Positions 11,001 to 26,000 of a stretch of 64,000 bases of DNA are shown piece after piece (within the stretch, counting starts at the first letter, position 1; each line of letters begins with the position of its first letter). Below the pieces are notes generated by a model that had not been told where the DNA came from, ran no database searches, and saw nothing but the letters and a program-made list of their open reading frames with translations. Source of the DNA: Laetmonice hystrix (taxonomy: Eukaryota); NCBI GenBank assembly GCA_965235115.1, contig OZ249437.1:46004001-46068000 (forward strand), written 5' to 3'. The translations under genes and the position numbers were made by a program.

Positions 11001-14000
11001 TTTTGGTCCCACCATGAATCTTAATTCATCAATTCTAAATAAAATAGATCCAGGATTGGAAATTACGTGCGAAAAGCGGGGAGAATTCGTCACAGTAAGC
11101 TAGCAGGGGTTAACAGGTGCAGTTAGCGCTCATGGCACCACTATAAGGAAGGGAGACAGCAGAGCCTGGGCAGAGAGGTCGTTTATTATCCGAACTTGTC
11201 GATGGAGGCAGACCGTAATTTTTTCGCGGAGGACCGTTTTGAAACTTTTTATATTTCGACCAAATAGAGAACCATATGACATATATGCCTCCTGTTTTAT
11301 AAAATTCTGCAAGAAATCTTTACATTAAAACTCACTTTAGACATGAAATTGTTTCAACGTTGATGCTCAAGCGTCGACTACATTAGTACATATACGGCAC
11401 ACAGTTACCCTCTAACTGACGTTTCAAACTATATCTTATAATGGTAGCCTTGTGGTAAGCCGTTTCCCTGCCCCTCCCTACTGATTCCAAGATCACTGAG
11501 ATACACTTACATTATTCTCTCTACGGCCAATTACAGAGCATTAACATTTCAATAGTTCAAGCAAAAGCTCCTAATAATTCTAACTACATCACAGCAGCGA
11601 CAATATATAGTCTTTGACCACATAGATGTAAGATTGCCTTCCCCTTTCGTTCCTCTCACTCAACCTGACATGATCAAAGTGTTCCTCTCAATCCAACCTG
11701 GCATGATCAAAGTGTATCAAATATCTGTACTTACTCCTTGTTCACTTCGCGCCTCCTGACGACGATTTCCGCGTGACTGTTGATGATGTCACCGAACGCG
11801 ACGGCGTCATCGTAGTACGGGTGGCGCCCCTCTACGGCACACGCTGAAGGTGGCTGCAGTCAGACAAAAGACCCGTCACTTGGTCGGAAAACATAACCAT
11901 GTACTGATGGCACCGCATATACAGAAAAAAACGGCTGTAATCACAGAGAGCGTGAATAAATTCTGGAGTTTGCTATATCGAGCAGCTTTTGAAGTTACAT
12001 TTCCTCATTTCCACGGCGCCTTGAATATATCGCGGCTCGTTTACGTATTTCCGAGGATGTTCCTTTTCTCATCAAAGTCTATATAATCTCCTCAGTACCA
12101 GAAATCATACGATGTCTATTCATTTCTCTGTCATCAACCATTTGGTTGAGGCTGATGATGGTTCACCTGTGTGGTGGTAGATGGCGCCGGTGTTGTGGTG
12201 GTGACGGCAGGTTCTGACGTTGTCACCTCGGAGGTCGGACCCGCCGAGTCGGGTAGTGTGACTGTGATGGTAAAACTGGGAATGACGGTACTGGAGGAAC
12301 CTCCCGTACCCTCCTCCAGGTCCGGGAACAGCACAGCTACCGGGCACCGCCCAATGTCGGCTCGGTGGAAGTTCACAGGCTCGTCTAGAGCCTGAACTCT
12401 GGTAAAAGACAAAATTAGTGACCATTTGTGAACAATTGTTATAAAGAGACTGTTCCATGAAAAGATATTACAATAGTATTACTAACTTTACTCATTGCTA
12501 GTCTACAAGAATAAACAACCATTATGTAAAGTTGTTTTAATTCACGCCACGCCCTAAACTAGAAGGCTTACAGTAGGCTTACATTTTTCCATAGCCTCTC
12601 ATTCCTATAGACTGTATCAATATTCTCCCAAAAGAAAGTTGTGAAAAATTAAGAGGTAGGTTAACGAATTGGACATACTCTTTGTTAATGATGAGGTTAC
12701 TCAGACAGCCGAGGAGTGGTTGGCTGGTGGGGGTCATGCCTGTAACATCAACACCCTCTGGCAGCCCGCCCACATACATTCCTCCTTGACCGTCCGTCCC
12801 AATGACGGACGACGATCCCGGGGGTAAACTGTCGGAACCGGCTGTCTCATCGTCCACGTACACCTCAATACTACAACGATAAATGATAACGTATTTAGCT
12901 TTACACCTACCTTCTCAAAGACCGTTTCCTAACACCCCCCTCCCTTTGAAAAACAAATAGGAGAACGGAATCAGTTTTATCGAGAGGATTTATGTTATGA
13001 CCGTCGTATTTGCTCACACTTGGCTGTTTCTGACGATGGAAACACTGTGTAGTAAACCATCGTTATACAAGTTGTCAGACGTGATGCGGATAGTACCCGC
13101 CCCACCACTGAACCATGCCGCTAGCCGTCCACCCAGCAACGAGAACGAATAAAAATGCTGAAAACAAATCAGCAAACACAATCAGGTCGTGTATCAATAC
13201 ACAATGGATATTTTCACTCTTTAATAACAATGTGAAGTATTACATGAGTTGGGGAGCACCAGAAAGTTGAAATGACGTGGAGGGGAGTTTAAATGAGAAA
13301 TTCCAGGTAACGTTCAGTAAACGCTGCAGGACCAGGGGTCACTGACTGGACTGATAACTGGAGCTGACCCTTACATCACTGTCTGTGCCCTTGACCAGGA
13401 GAAGGAGAGCGTCCTCCTGCTGGGATCGGAAGGAGAAGGACAGGTCGCCATTCTCCGGGAGACTCTTACTCGGCAGTTCCAACCATCCGTCTCCATGGAG
13501 ACCAGTTGTTCTCGCCGTCTGTAACAGAGCACGGATTGCCAAAACAATTATAAAGAATAGCAACTCAACCATAAACACATTTCAGAAAGTATTTCACTCA
13601 GTTATAATGACATAGCATTTCTGACATACCATATCATGCATATAGCAAGATTCTAGAGCTAACAGTCATGAGAGGAAGGCCTGTATCACTGGGGGTTGGG
13701 GAGGGGGGGGGGGCGGACTGACCTTGGTCTTGCAGCCCTCCGTCAGGCCTACATAACTTCCTGACAACAGGTTCTGTGTATACGTGCCCTGTGATGCTAC
13801 ACGTACGTTACGCATACATCCCAGGAACTTGGTGGTCGACAGACCATACCTAAATACACGAGAAACATTATTTTACATATGGATATGCACTCCTACCATG
13901 CATTAATCGTGTCCAATTCTCCACTCAGATACGGACTAAGATTCATCAATACTGTTCTGTGATATTTGTTATTTATTTTAGCCGAGAAGTATAGAATTCT

Positions 14001-17000
14001 TGGAATAGAACCAATGAGACACGTACTGAGACGGGTCGATATCTGGGTGGACACCACCAAAATAAAGCTTGCTTCCTTTGAGTTCCAGAGTTCCATCACT
14101 GTCGTCTGGTATCGTGCCGTTCACCCACTCCGAGTTTACTCGAAGTAACACCACACCTTCAACATCAACAACAGACCATGAAATCAGTACCGTCAATCCT
14201 TCGGATATATTACTAGATTATCGAATGGAATCAACTTAGTGAAAGTTTCCTACCGTTTTTCTGTGAGAAGGTTGCGCTGGCGTTCACCCACGTGTTCGTG
14301 TTGTATTTGCCGGTTGTGGTCAGAGTTTGCCACGTCTCGGCACTCTGGCGACCTCTAGCGGCGATAGTTCCCGTGTCATAACGCAGGACCACGTGACCTC
14401 CCTCCAACTCCAGCGAGATGAAATCTCCCTGAAATCACAATCCGAAACGCCACAATTTTCTTTCAGTTTCTTCTTACATATTTGGGTATTGATGCGTCTT
14501 ACTAGTTAACTCTGATCCACGTACGTAATTGGAAAATATAGTATTTTCCTCTATGTTATATTGGAGGTGTGTGGGAGGGGGTCCTATATGGTTGTGAACT
14601 GACCGACTCTGGGTTGACGGAGAAGAGAAGCTGAGCATCCTCCCAGAATGTCTTGAAGGATGTGGAGGCGACCAGTGAGCCTGGGTTGTGACCCCTCAGT
14701 GGGGGCATCTCTACAAACCCTGACCCGTCAAACTGGAAACCCTCACCACCGCTGCCCTCATCAGGCCTGTAACGGCAACATGGTGGGTAACGACTACGTC
14801 CTGTACATAATGCTTGGAGCTGGTTGTATCATTATCTTAAGTCTACTTAATAAAGACATTCAGAATGTAAGCCTCAATCTGTGTCTCTAACTTGATAACG
14901 TTAAAGATATGCTTTGTTTGTGATATCAGTGATCAGCTTCAGTATAATCACTATATAGCCTGACTTACACAACATGACATCCATCACAAGTTCAGTATAA
15001 TCACTATATAACCTGACTTACACAACATGACATCCATCACAAGTTCAGTATAATCACTATATAACCTGACTTACACAACATGACATCCATCACAAGTTCA
15101 GTATAATCACTATATAACCTGACTTACACAACATGACATCCATCACAAGTTCAGTATAATCACTATATAACCTGACTTACACAACATGACATCCATCACA
15201 AGTTCAGTATAATCACTATATAACATGACTTACACAACAAGACATCCATCACAAGTTCAGTATAATCACTATATAGCCTCACTTACACAACATGACATCC
15301 ATCACAAGTTCAGTATAATCAATATACAATGTATAACCTGACTTACACAACATGACATCCATCACAAGTTCAGTATAATCACTATATAACCTGACTTACA
15401 CAACATGACATCCATCACAAGTTCAGTATAATCACTATATAACTTGACTTACACAACAAGACATCCATCACAAGTTCAGTATAATCACTATATAGCCTCA
15501 CTTACACAACATGACATCCATCACAAGTTCCTTCCTGTTCAAGGTGACGGAAGTTGTAAAGTCCAACATGTCGGCCGTCTAGGTACACTTCACCGACACA
15601 GCCAACAAACCGACGACTCACAACGCCATCTGGTAGCTGCAACAGAAATCATCTTGTAAATATTTGTGCAATTACCACATTCAACAATATCAGTAGAGAA
15701 CGTAAATTTGAATCTTTCTCTTGCAGCATAAGATCCCTTTTCCCACCCTGACTTCCAAAGGCACTATAGCTCGTACCTTGTAATCCTCGGGAGCACCTCC
15801 TATGAACAGATCAGCTTTGTTATCGAGGTTGAGCTGAGTGTAGGACGACTCCGAGCTGCCCGTCACCATGTCAGGGTCTCCAGGTATCGGAGACGATAGC
15901 ACTCGCACACTCAGCTTGGCAGTGTTTGCAATTCTACAACCGTCGGCAACCTCTGGGTCAAATCTTACGGCTTACATAACAACGTACCAGGTCATCTGTA
16001 GGGTTTATACCTCGCTCTCCATTTTTTTAATTTGACATCATTATTAATGTCAATTTACCTCATGGGACCAGTAATATTCATTAAATAATGTACTGATGCA
16101 TACACGGTGCGGCGTTAAAATTTGTCCTGAAACAGCTTCCATATTAGAAACTGACTTTATTGGCCTGTCATATACCCTGTAAAACTTGTAACATACAGTT
16201 CAGTGAAACGCTAACCTTTCAACCTTAACCTTGTACCACTTGTCCTCCTCCTCCACCTTGTTTGACGCTGGCTCCACCTGGAGGGGGTGGATGATGGTCT
16301 GTTTGCCAGCTCCCATGTCCCAGGAGAACCACAGGGACCGTTCTACCAACTCGACCGACATAAAGTCCGTCTGTGAGAAACGGCAGAAAATATCAAGGTA
16401 TGGAGTATCAGACCAGACAGAAAGATATCTCAGCTGACGGAACACCAAAAGTCAATCCCTGTCTCCCTGAATTATTGAGATGACATAAAGAATGCGACTT
16501 TGTGCTGGGAATGAATTGTTGAACATGTGAAGATGTGTCAACTCACTGAATCCTGTTTGCCTACGAACATCAGAAGCATGTTTTCATCCACGTGGTCCGT
16601 CTTGAAATGGAGCACGATGGTGTTAGTGGTGGAGGGTTGAATGGGTGGAGAATACCGACGTACGCAGTTACCCTCCGTCTGTAAGGATACCTTGATCTGG
16701 GGAATAAAGGGAAGAAAATCTATCACTTCCTAACAGTTGACCGGCATCCGTCTTTAGAGAAAGGATTTCACTTAATTTAAATCTTCGTTCTCAATTTTTA
16801 TGAAAAATTTTCAAGAAATTATTTCTGGTCAGTTAGTGAACCTGACAATATTATATATGCATCATATTATATATAGACGCATAAGTTTAACTATCCCGTA
16901 CTTACATTGTTGGCCTGCTCCCGAGCCAGTTTGATGCTCTCCCGCAGCTGTTGTATACCCAGCGTAATGTTAGTGTTGATGGATTCTAACACCAGGAGGC

Positions 17001-20000
17001 GCTCCGATAGCACCGTCGTCATGTTGACCAGCCTGTTGATATTCTTTCTTGCTGCTTGCACTGTTGCAGACCAATACCAAACCAGGAATGAAATACTCCT
17101 TCAAATTATTAAATATTTAGTTTCTTCACCAATGAGCCTTTTTGATAATACGAATTACCTTGTAGCGATACGAATGCCAGACAAACAGCGATAATAGGTA
17201 ATCTCTTACTGCTTACAACTGCTATAATCTAATGACAATAATTCCCTGATGACATGCAGGTCCCCAATACCAAGGCTGACATACAGGAGGCATTAACTCG
17301 GGGCACGTTATCCTCCTCCAGTGCTTCCTCCAGCCACCGCGCCTTGGGCATCATTTCAGTGTTCATTATCGTCTGCTTTTCCCGGGTTCCCTCCTCTACC
17401 ACCAGGGCGCGCTCCATTGAAAGCTCTGCCCGGTACTTCAAGACGTCGGTTGCCCTAGAAATCCCTGTGAGACGGTCAGAAAATACGTGATGGAAGAATA
17501 CACTAAACAGAATGTTTATTACACACCAACATGCTTCAGTCAGGGTTAACCAACAGACTCCTCATCAAATGTTTGAATGACTTGTAAACAACTGACCTGT
17601 GCTGATATTGTTGACCTGAGAATTGATATGGAAGAGTTCATCCTCTGTTCTGCCGCCATTGTACGTCAAGGCCTTAATCTGTCTTTGGGCTGCTTCCAGT
17701 CGCTCTTCAAGAGCTGAGACAAAGTATTTAAGTGTGCCATTTTAACTACACTTTCCTCTCCATACGTTGTACAGGATACTAGGTAGTATCCTGTTCAAGA
17801 ATATGCAATGCACGTACATTTCTTTTGAAATACACTGCAATCGGAAGGAGTAATCTTTAGACTACAAGTATGGAAGCCTTCATCGTGCCATATTTAAATA
17901 CACCCGCCATTTTTTCCCTTGAGAGAAACAAGTAATGGACTCACAGTGAACAAGGCTGGAGGCGTTACTGCTGAGTCTCCTGCTAGCTTCGACCGCCTCC
18001 TGGGCCTGTTCCGGTAAGGGACCCTTCTCCTGTGTGTCAATCTGCACAGATCACGTCACATCAGTACATGAACTCTATCGATTGACGTCACATAATATCA
18101 TCACAATGATGTCACATTATACTAACCACAGCTACAATCCTCTGCTTTTACACGGAAAATTCTAGTAGCTTCTCAGTACCTTTGGAAAGTCCAAAGGCAA
18201 CCATGAACCAAAAGATGAATTGCCGAGAGCAAAAGAGCCTTACAGTTGCCGCTGTTGAACAAGTGACTCAATTACTACGTTTTGCATGACTATGCCATAA
18301 AGGTAAACAAAGTTCGTAGATCTGCCAAAGGTACGCTGAGTCGTAGATAAAACTCTCCCCGAGTTCCCCACGTACGTGTATGGTTGCGTTGTCTGCGCTC
18401 TCGCTGGCCTTCTGTACAGCTGTACCCGCCTCCTCCACCGCCACCACCATATCATCGTACACCTTGGCTGCTCGTAATGGGTCGGCCGCCGACTGACGGG
18501 TCAGTGTAAACTGTCTACAGACGGAGACAGAACAGAGAACTGTACAGGGTCTCCACAACACCAGCATTGGTCATCATAATAATAAAACCAGACAGTTACT
18601 TCAAATCTTTAAAACCAAACTAATGCTGCAGCATGGATTACTGGTAGATAAGATCAAACTGTGGGCCAACACAGCCTTCCCAGGTTGGCTAAATTGAAAT
18701 TTCATGACTTTTCCAGATAAAATTAACCAAATACACTAAAATCCCAGAATTGTCCCGTAGTACCTCGTGGGACTTTACAATTTAGGCCTAACAGAAACAA
18801 AAATAAAGATAAAGAGAAATCTCAAATTCCATGACTTTTTCATGACTTTCCCTAGTTTTTCTATTTCCTATGACTTTTCCAGGCCTAGAAACCCAAATTT
18901 CATTTTCAATTATTTTTTCATGATTTTTCATGACCGTAGGAACCCTGCAACAACTGAATGCCAGATTTTTCATCACTGCTTGCTAGAATGCCCCCCTACA
19001 TTGACCACCAAGATATCCTAGCGCCGACAGGACCCACCACATGGCAGAACCAGCCTCAGCCAGGCCGATTAGACTCACCCCTCTAGGTCGGCTGCCTGTT
19101 TGTCCAGGTCGTAGGCGTGGTTCTGAGCGTCCTGTAGTTTGGGTTTCACGCCTGGTATACTCTGCTCCATCAGCCCTCCCTTCTCTTCTATCGAGCCGAA
19201 ATGTTCGGCAATATACTGACGTGCCTTCACACATTCCTGGTATAAACGGTCAACACTTGATCAAACTCATTCAGCTTGGGGTAGTACTTAGTGAAACACA
19301 AATATATTTGAGTAGCTATATACCTTCCGTGGAAGAAAAGTCTTATTAAACAGCGGTGCGAGTGTAGCTCAGCTACCTGAATCTATGTATCTTAGGAGGC
19401 ACGTACGGCAATGTACAAAACTGGTATGAAAAGTAATCATAGATTTGATACGTCAATGATAAAACTGTAGAAGCAGTGGTAGAGCTGATCTACCTGATCC
19501 TATATATAAAAACAAATATGGCATATGTCACATGCCTGGTGAAGGTATCACATGACGTGGGGAAGGAAAGACGGGTACGGTGTAGGGGAAGGTGTGCAGT
19601 ACATGAGTGGGGCACAAATCTAAGGGCAGACACTCGTTACCTTCTAGACGCAACTCAATAATAACTCAGACTACAAAATCTGGTCACAGTTGGCGTGGAA
19701 GACAAAGGGAAAGCAACATTCCTGGGAAGGACAAACGTAACAGGAGGTCATCATACCTTGGACCGATTAGTCCAAGATTATACCAATAATCCACATACGA
19801 CATCACACTTCCAGAGGTGATTGGCAGGATGCAGCTCAGGCTAGCTGGTGAGTGGGCCTGGTTAGTAGGTCTGATATTATGAACAGGACAGCTCCGGCTA
19901 GCTCGGGTGATTGGGCCCTGTTAGTGGGTTGATATATGAGCAGCTCCAGCTAGCTGAGGTTATTGGGCCCAGTTATGGGTCTGATATATGAGTAGCTCCG

Positions 20001-23000
20001 GCTAGCTCAGGTGATTGGGCCCAGTTATGGGTCTGATATATGAGTAGCTCTGGCTAGCTCAGGTGATTGGGCCCGGTTAGTGGGTCTGATATATGAGTAG
20101 CTCCAGCTAGCTCAGGTGATTGGGCCCAGTTAGTGGGTCTGATATATGAGCAGCTCCGGCTAGCTGGTGATTGGGCCCAGTTAGTGGGTCTGATATATGA
20201 GCAGCTCCAGCTAGCTCAGGTGATTGGGCCCGGTTAGTGGGTCTGATATATGAGCAGCTCTGGCTAGCTCGGATGAGTGGGCGTGGTTATAGCAGCAAGC
20301 TGGTGAGTGGGTCTGGGAATATCATGCATCTAGAAGACTCCTCATACTGGTACCTTCTCCAGATAGTCAGCTCTGTGAATATCAGGAACAACCTCTTCCT
20401 CTCCCAGACACGCCAAGTGCTGCCAACACCAACATCCCACAGATAGGCTTAGTGCAAAGTGATGCCAAGTTACCATTGTCTGAAAGCGCTTAGTGCTAAT
20501 GTATGCATAATGCTAGTAGGTCTTATTATAAAGCTGCACAGTACCATAGGCATGTCATGTAAGTATCCGAAGTATCGACCAAGCACCAGAGAATGTTACG
20601 TAAGTTAAAGCACTTGACAAGAGTCCCATCTTCATCGACACTCCCGTGTGTAAAGTCCAGTGTATAGTCAGGCAGAAACTATTTACATCCCAGGGTGCAA
20701 ATATGTACATTTATGGCATATATAGGTCACTAAATCCCCCAAATATCTCTTTTCTCATATTAAAGGGGCATACTATGAAACACGTTTTTGAGGATTTCCG
20801 GCAATTATTCAACATGACCGTGTACTAGGGATCCAAGTAAATAATCCTACGACAGCATTTTGTCCTCCGACGTGTTTTCGCTGCGTATGCAGCACAAGTA
20901 GGTTCTATACGACCAAACCTATAGATTTCTCCCGATAGCACATCTCCCGCCATAATTTGGCGGACAACCTCCCACCAACCCGTGTAATTGCATACTGTGT
21001 CACATCCTGTGTGTGCACTCCCTGCATGTGCTTAGTCACGTGCTTTGCTTAGTTGTAAACAATTCAGCAGTGGCACTCGATCGATCGACCGGTATCAGAA
21101 TGCCACCCAAAAAATATTTTACGAAATCGGCAGAGAAGCGGGCAAGGGAGCTTAATAAACTTCGATTTCTCACGCAAAATGAAACTGATAAGTCTGTCTT
21201 TGTTTACCAAGCAATTTAATGAAGGATCTCTTTATGAAAACTGCAAAAGTTCTATGAAATACCGATTTTTAACGTTTCCTCATAATATGCCCCTTTAATG
21301 GGCTGCTAGTTGGCTGTATCCTGCAAACATGAAAAATGAAAAACCAAGCCTCTTCTCATCTTTCAGAAGAGGTTGCTGTGATCTGGGAGTTCACATAGAC
21401 AGGCCAATTTCTCCAAAAGTCATTGTCAAAAAGCTCTGTCTCCGGCCCGTCAACACACCTCAGTCTGGCCCATTCATGAAGTACCGCTCTAAGAACCAAA
21501 TCAAATTAACCCATGTACTAATCGTGTATTTTTGCCAACACCTTCCTGGACATATGTAAGTGTATCTTAAACTCCTCCCGACGAAACTTTCGGTAGAGTG
21601 TAAGTCTTCCCAGTAAACCGAGGTTCCCTGTTTGACACCGATCCCAGGCCAGTCAGAGGTTCCCTCACTGCCCGGCAGGGGGCAGCAGCTACACGTCCTT
21701 ACCTTGTAGTTTTCGGTGGAGACATTCCACAGTAAATGTGATGCCATCTCGTTGAGCTCGGCTCCCTTCCCGTTAACTTCTTTTGTCTCTGCTGCGTCCT
21801 CCTTTACAGACTTTAGTAACAACTGCAACCAATATAACAATCAGATTTATATCCTTTAAAAATGGGTTAAAATGCTGCAAACGTGTTCACGGAATACGGT
21901 ACCAGATCATTATTGTAACAGGTCATCTCTAGATTCAATCAAATATACATTTTCATCAAATGTCAGACTTTCTGCACTCACTGTCGTGTTGTAGAGTTTG
22001 TCCTTGTCTTTGGTAAGCAAGCCTGTAGATTTGACCGTGTTGTTGGAAACATGTCGGGTGTTCCGTTCCATGTCCTGGAGTCGTCTGTAAGACTGATGCG
22101 CCCTCTCGTGGACACCAGACACATTAGTGGCCCGGAGAGCTAACTGCTGCATGCGGGCGTGCTGGAACTCGGCATCACTGGCCAGAACAAAAACATTTCT
22201 CATCAGTTTACTTCAGATCATAACATTCTCACCCTTCTCATAACGGGAGAAGTTACATTAGCACCTCGCCACAAGTTTAGCTTTGATAACATTAACTCCA
22301 ATTTTGAGGTAAAGTAACTGGCCAACGTGATGGTTTGAACGTACAGCGTAGCTTAATACAGACACACAAGTTTTACTGGTATATTAATATATTTACTGTG
22401 ATTCAAATCCCCCCCCCCCATATATTTCCATCGTGTTGTTCTCACCCTAGTTCCTTATCGGTGGCGACCTGCAGGTCTGCCATGGCTCCGTCACCGAGTC
22501 TGGCCGTCAACATCTCATCAAGAATATCCTCGGCCTCTGAGATCAGACTGTCTGTGTTCACCGTCTGGTCGTGTAGTCGTGCTGTCACCGTGTCTGTCAG
22601 CTCCGAGATGTCAGCTGTACGGGAAACATCAAAATAACAACCTCTTGCTGAAGAAATCCTCTCGGCGATATTTACAATTTGTTTATGAGTTTCGCAAGAT
22701 GCAAGACAGGGATAGGAAAAAGGGAGATTTTTGGGTCTTTATTGATTATTTGAAGGTATTTTTTACGATTAACTGTTGCAATACCCAAAAAATAAAGTAA
22801 ATAAATTAAGGTTGAATCAAAAACATTAGGCATTTATATTTAGGCCAAAATATTACAAACAACTTGATGTAAAATATACCGTACTAACAAAAATTCCTTT
22901 TCAATTTATGTTCATCGTTTGGCGTTTAAAAGAGATTCATTCAAATTGCAATAACAATTTCCAAAGTCTTGGCTTTCAATGGCATTAATTACCTTAACCT

Positions 23001-26000
23001 GACAAGCCAAAACAATTACCAATGCAATGTAATAAGTCGATTTGTTCTTCGATATGGTTAATAGAGGAAGAGGAAGATCGTGAAATCTGTGTAGTAATGC
23101 AGTAAGGAAGGTCCACAATAGTACCCGTCAGCCTGTCGTGAGTTAACATGATGTCATCCGAGAGTTGATTGGCTGTCTCAAGGTTACGTTCTGTTTCTGT
23201 CACTGCCTGCTGGGCTCGCTCCACCACATCAGTCTGATATAAGGACAAAAAGTATTCATCAGATAGGTAAGAAAGGTTTATCTATTACCTTTTAAAGTGA
23301 TATACCGTTACTTTAGTAATATGATTCCATTTCCGTATTAATTACGTTTTTATTTAATTACGAATAACACTAAAGGAATTCCTTCATATTTTGATTGTTA
23401 CCGTAAAACAACTACATTGTATAGGGCAACTGACCTTGGCATCAATCTTATCTGCCAGTGTACGGGTGGCCTTCACCTCTTGGAGGGCTTCCTGCAGAGC
23501 TGAAACTTCTACATTCTGTAGCTTCAGCTAGAAATGAAGCAATCAGTTTTTATACTTCTCCTCCGGTTAGACATTCTCTTTACTACTCTGAACGTGTAGC
23601 ACTTCTCTCACATGTGTTTCAAAGACGCAGGTATATTGTCTTCAGATAATATACGGAAACCATCATTTTTAGACTAGCATATAACTTTGAGTAAATAAGA
23701 GATTTTGAGTGTATAAGAACACGGTTAACAGTACCTAAACAAGCAAAAACTTTATTTCAAACAAAATGATCTTGATATTTTGTAATCATCATCAGTTGAG
23801 AGTAAACCTAATCAACCTACACGAAGTTGTTCCACCTCGTCCTCCTGTGCCGCCAGGTATTTGTAAGGCCAGAGTGCGATGGCCGACTCGTTGTAGTGAG
23901 TGATCATATACTCCAGTTCATCCACACTCAACATCAGCGGTGCAGGACAGCCAACATCACACGCTGTGAGTAGACCAATCATATACCCTCATTATCATTT
24001 TATATATTAACGGAGGAACCTTTTATATTATTACTGCACAAAGCCTATCATTTACCTGATCTAAAATGAACCTATCGTTATTAACATTCACCCAACATTA
24101 CCGTTTTATCTTTCTCCTTGACATGATGCCCTTCCCAAGTATTACCCGCCACAATATTTTGTACTTACATACACAGTCTCCGTTGATTAGAGCATACCGA
24201 TCCTCACACTTGTTACAGGAGCGGCCACGGATCCCGAGTCGACAGGAGCACTGACCCGTGACGGGGTCACAGAGGTCACTGACAGATCCATCCGGGTTAC
24301 AATCACAGGGCTTACACTTGTCGCCAGGTGTCGTGGGAGCGCCGTAGTAACCGGCGGCACACCTTTGAACACACATTCTCACTCAGTGAAGGCATTTCTA
24401 TTTCTATTCAGAATTTCAACATTATTCTTCTCTTCTTGGTGAACACATAAAGAGTTCGGTGCCATATTTTACATGGCTAACTCAGAATTTACTACTCTTT
24501 TGAGTGTGTATATTATTTAGCTACATGTATCTGTTGAAAGAGTCACTAACCTCTCACAGTGTACTCCCTGATAGCCAACTTGACAGGCATCGCACACGTA
24601 GTCGTCATTGGACATGGCATAGCAAGTTGGGCTGAAACTACATATAAGTAACACTTAGTTAATAACTTAAAAACTTGTGATTGTCTATAATCAATTCTGT
24701 ATATTAGTAGATAACTTTAATGTGTGTTACTTCATGCATGTCGCATGTGATTTATAACTTCATAATAATTTAAAACATTTCAAGAACTTAAATGATACTC
24801 ACTTATTGTCTGGGGTGAAGAGAGGGCAGGCACAACGCTGGCAGTCATACGCCGTGCCGTATGTAGCGTTACCATAGTAACCCGGTGCACAGTACTGGCA
24901 GTGTTCACCAAAAGTACTGTGAACGCACTCCTAAAACAACGATTCCATTTATTCAGAAATAATCAATAAATCATGGCAACTGAGGGTCACCTGCTTAAAG
25001 AATCATTTATCTATTTTATAAATTATTTGTTTGTAAATTCAACACAAATATTATCAAAACCATGATCTAGGCTATGGTGGAGCTACTCGACTAGTTTTTG
25101 CGGATATCCTCACCAGACATTTTCCAGTTTCTGGCTCACACAGAACGCTGTGACCATGACAACGACACAGGGTGCTCTCTCCAACAAGATCGATGACATT
25201 CTCACTGACGATGAAATCATTTGGTCGTTGTCGGTAGAAACCAGGCCCAGGATTCTGTACAGGACAAAGATGGGCCATGTAAGAAGGAAGCCAATATTTT
25301 ATTATGGATTTATCTTCTCAGTACACAGAATATACCTCGGCACACAGGCTAACCTAGCTCCAGGGGTACGTTATAAGAAATCTAATCTAGAGCACAGGTT
25401 TGAGTACCTGATGTACATGAATTCTAAAGTATACTTTGCTTAATACACTTTACTTTTTTTTACTGGAGACACGATGACAAATGTATTGTGGACTGTAATA
25501 TAAGTGGAGTGTGAACTGACCTGACATGACAGACCAGTGTATTCCTCAGGACAGATACACTTTTCAACACCTATCGCCGTTGTTATAGTACCGTTAGCAG
25601 GGACGGCGTGGTCCAAACTCAATCCCTCCAACCTTTGATTAAACAACATCTCAAAAGTTCAAGAATATTTGGACACATATAACTTTAGAGCGTAGCTTCT
25701 CATTTTAGCCATTAGGAAAGATTACTTACATACTTGTCTACAAGCTGCAATTCTAATTTTAACCTTAAATTTACTGCAAATACCATCTTAAATAGGCAGA
25801 ATTTATAAACAAATTCCAGATGAGGAATACGGCGACTGTTAAAGGGATACGGTGTACCTGGCGTGTGTGATGTGTGAGTGAGGTGCTGCAAACACAAGGA
25901 AGGCCTGTACGTTTTGTAGCACTACCATGAAGGTTTCCCTCGTTACAGAACCACCATCACTGTCCTTCCACAAATCCTGCCACAAACACACAAAACTTTC

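Noticed and set aside
14935-15530. CRISPR-like regular repeats (also at 29460, 43623 and 54802)
   Set aside because: Head-to-tail units with no unique spacers, no cas genes and a eukaryotic intron context.
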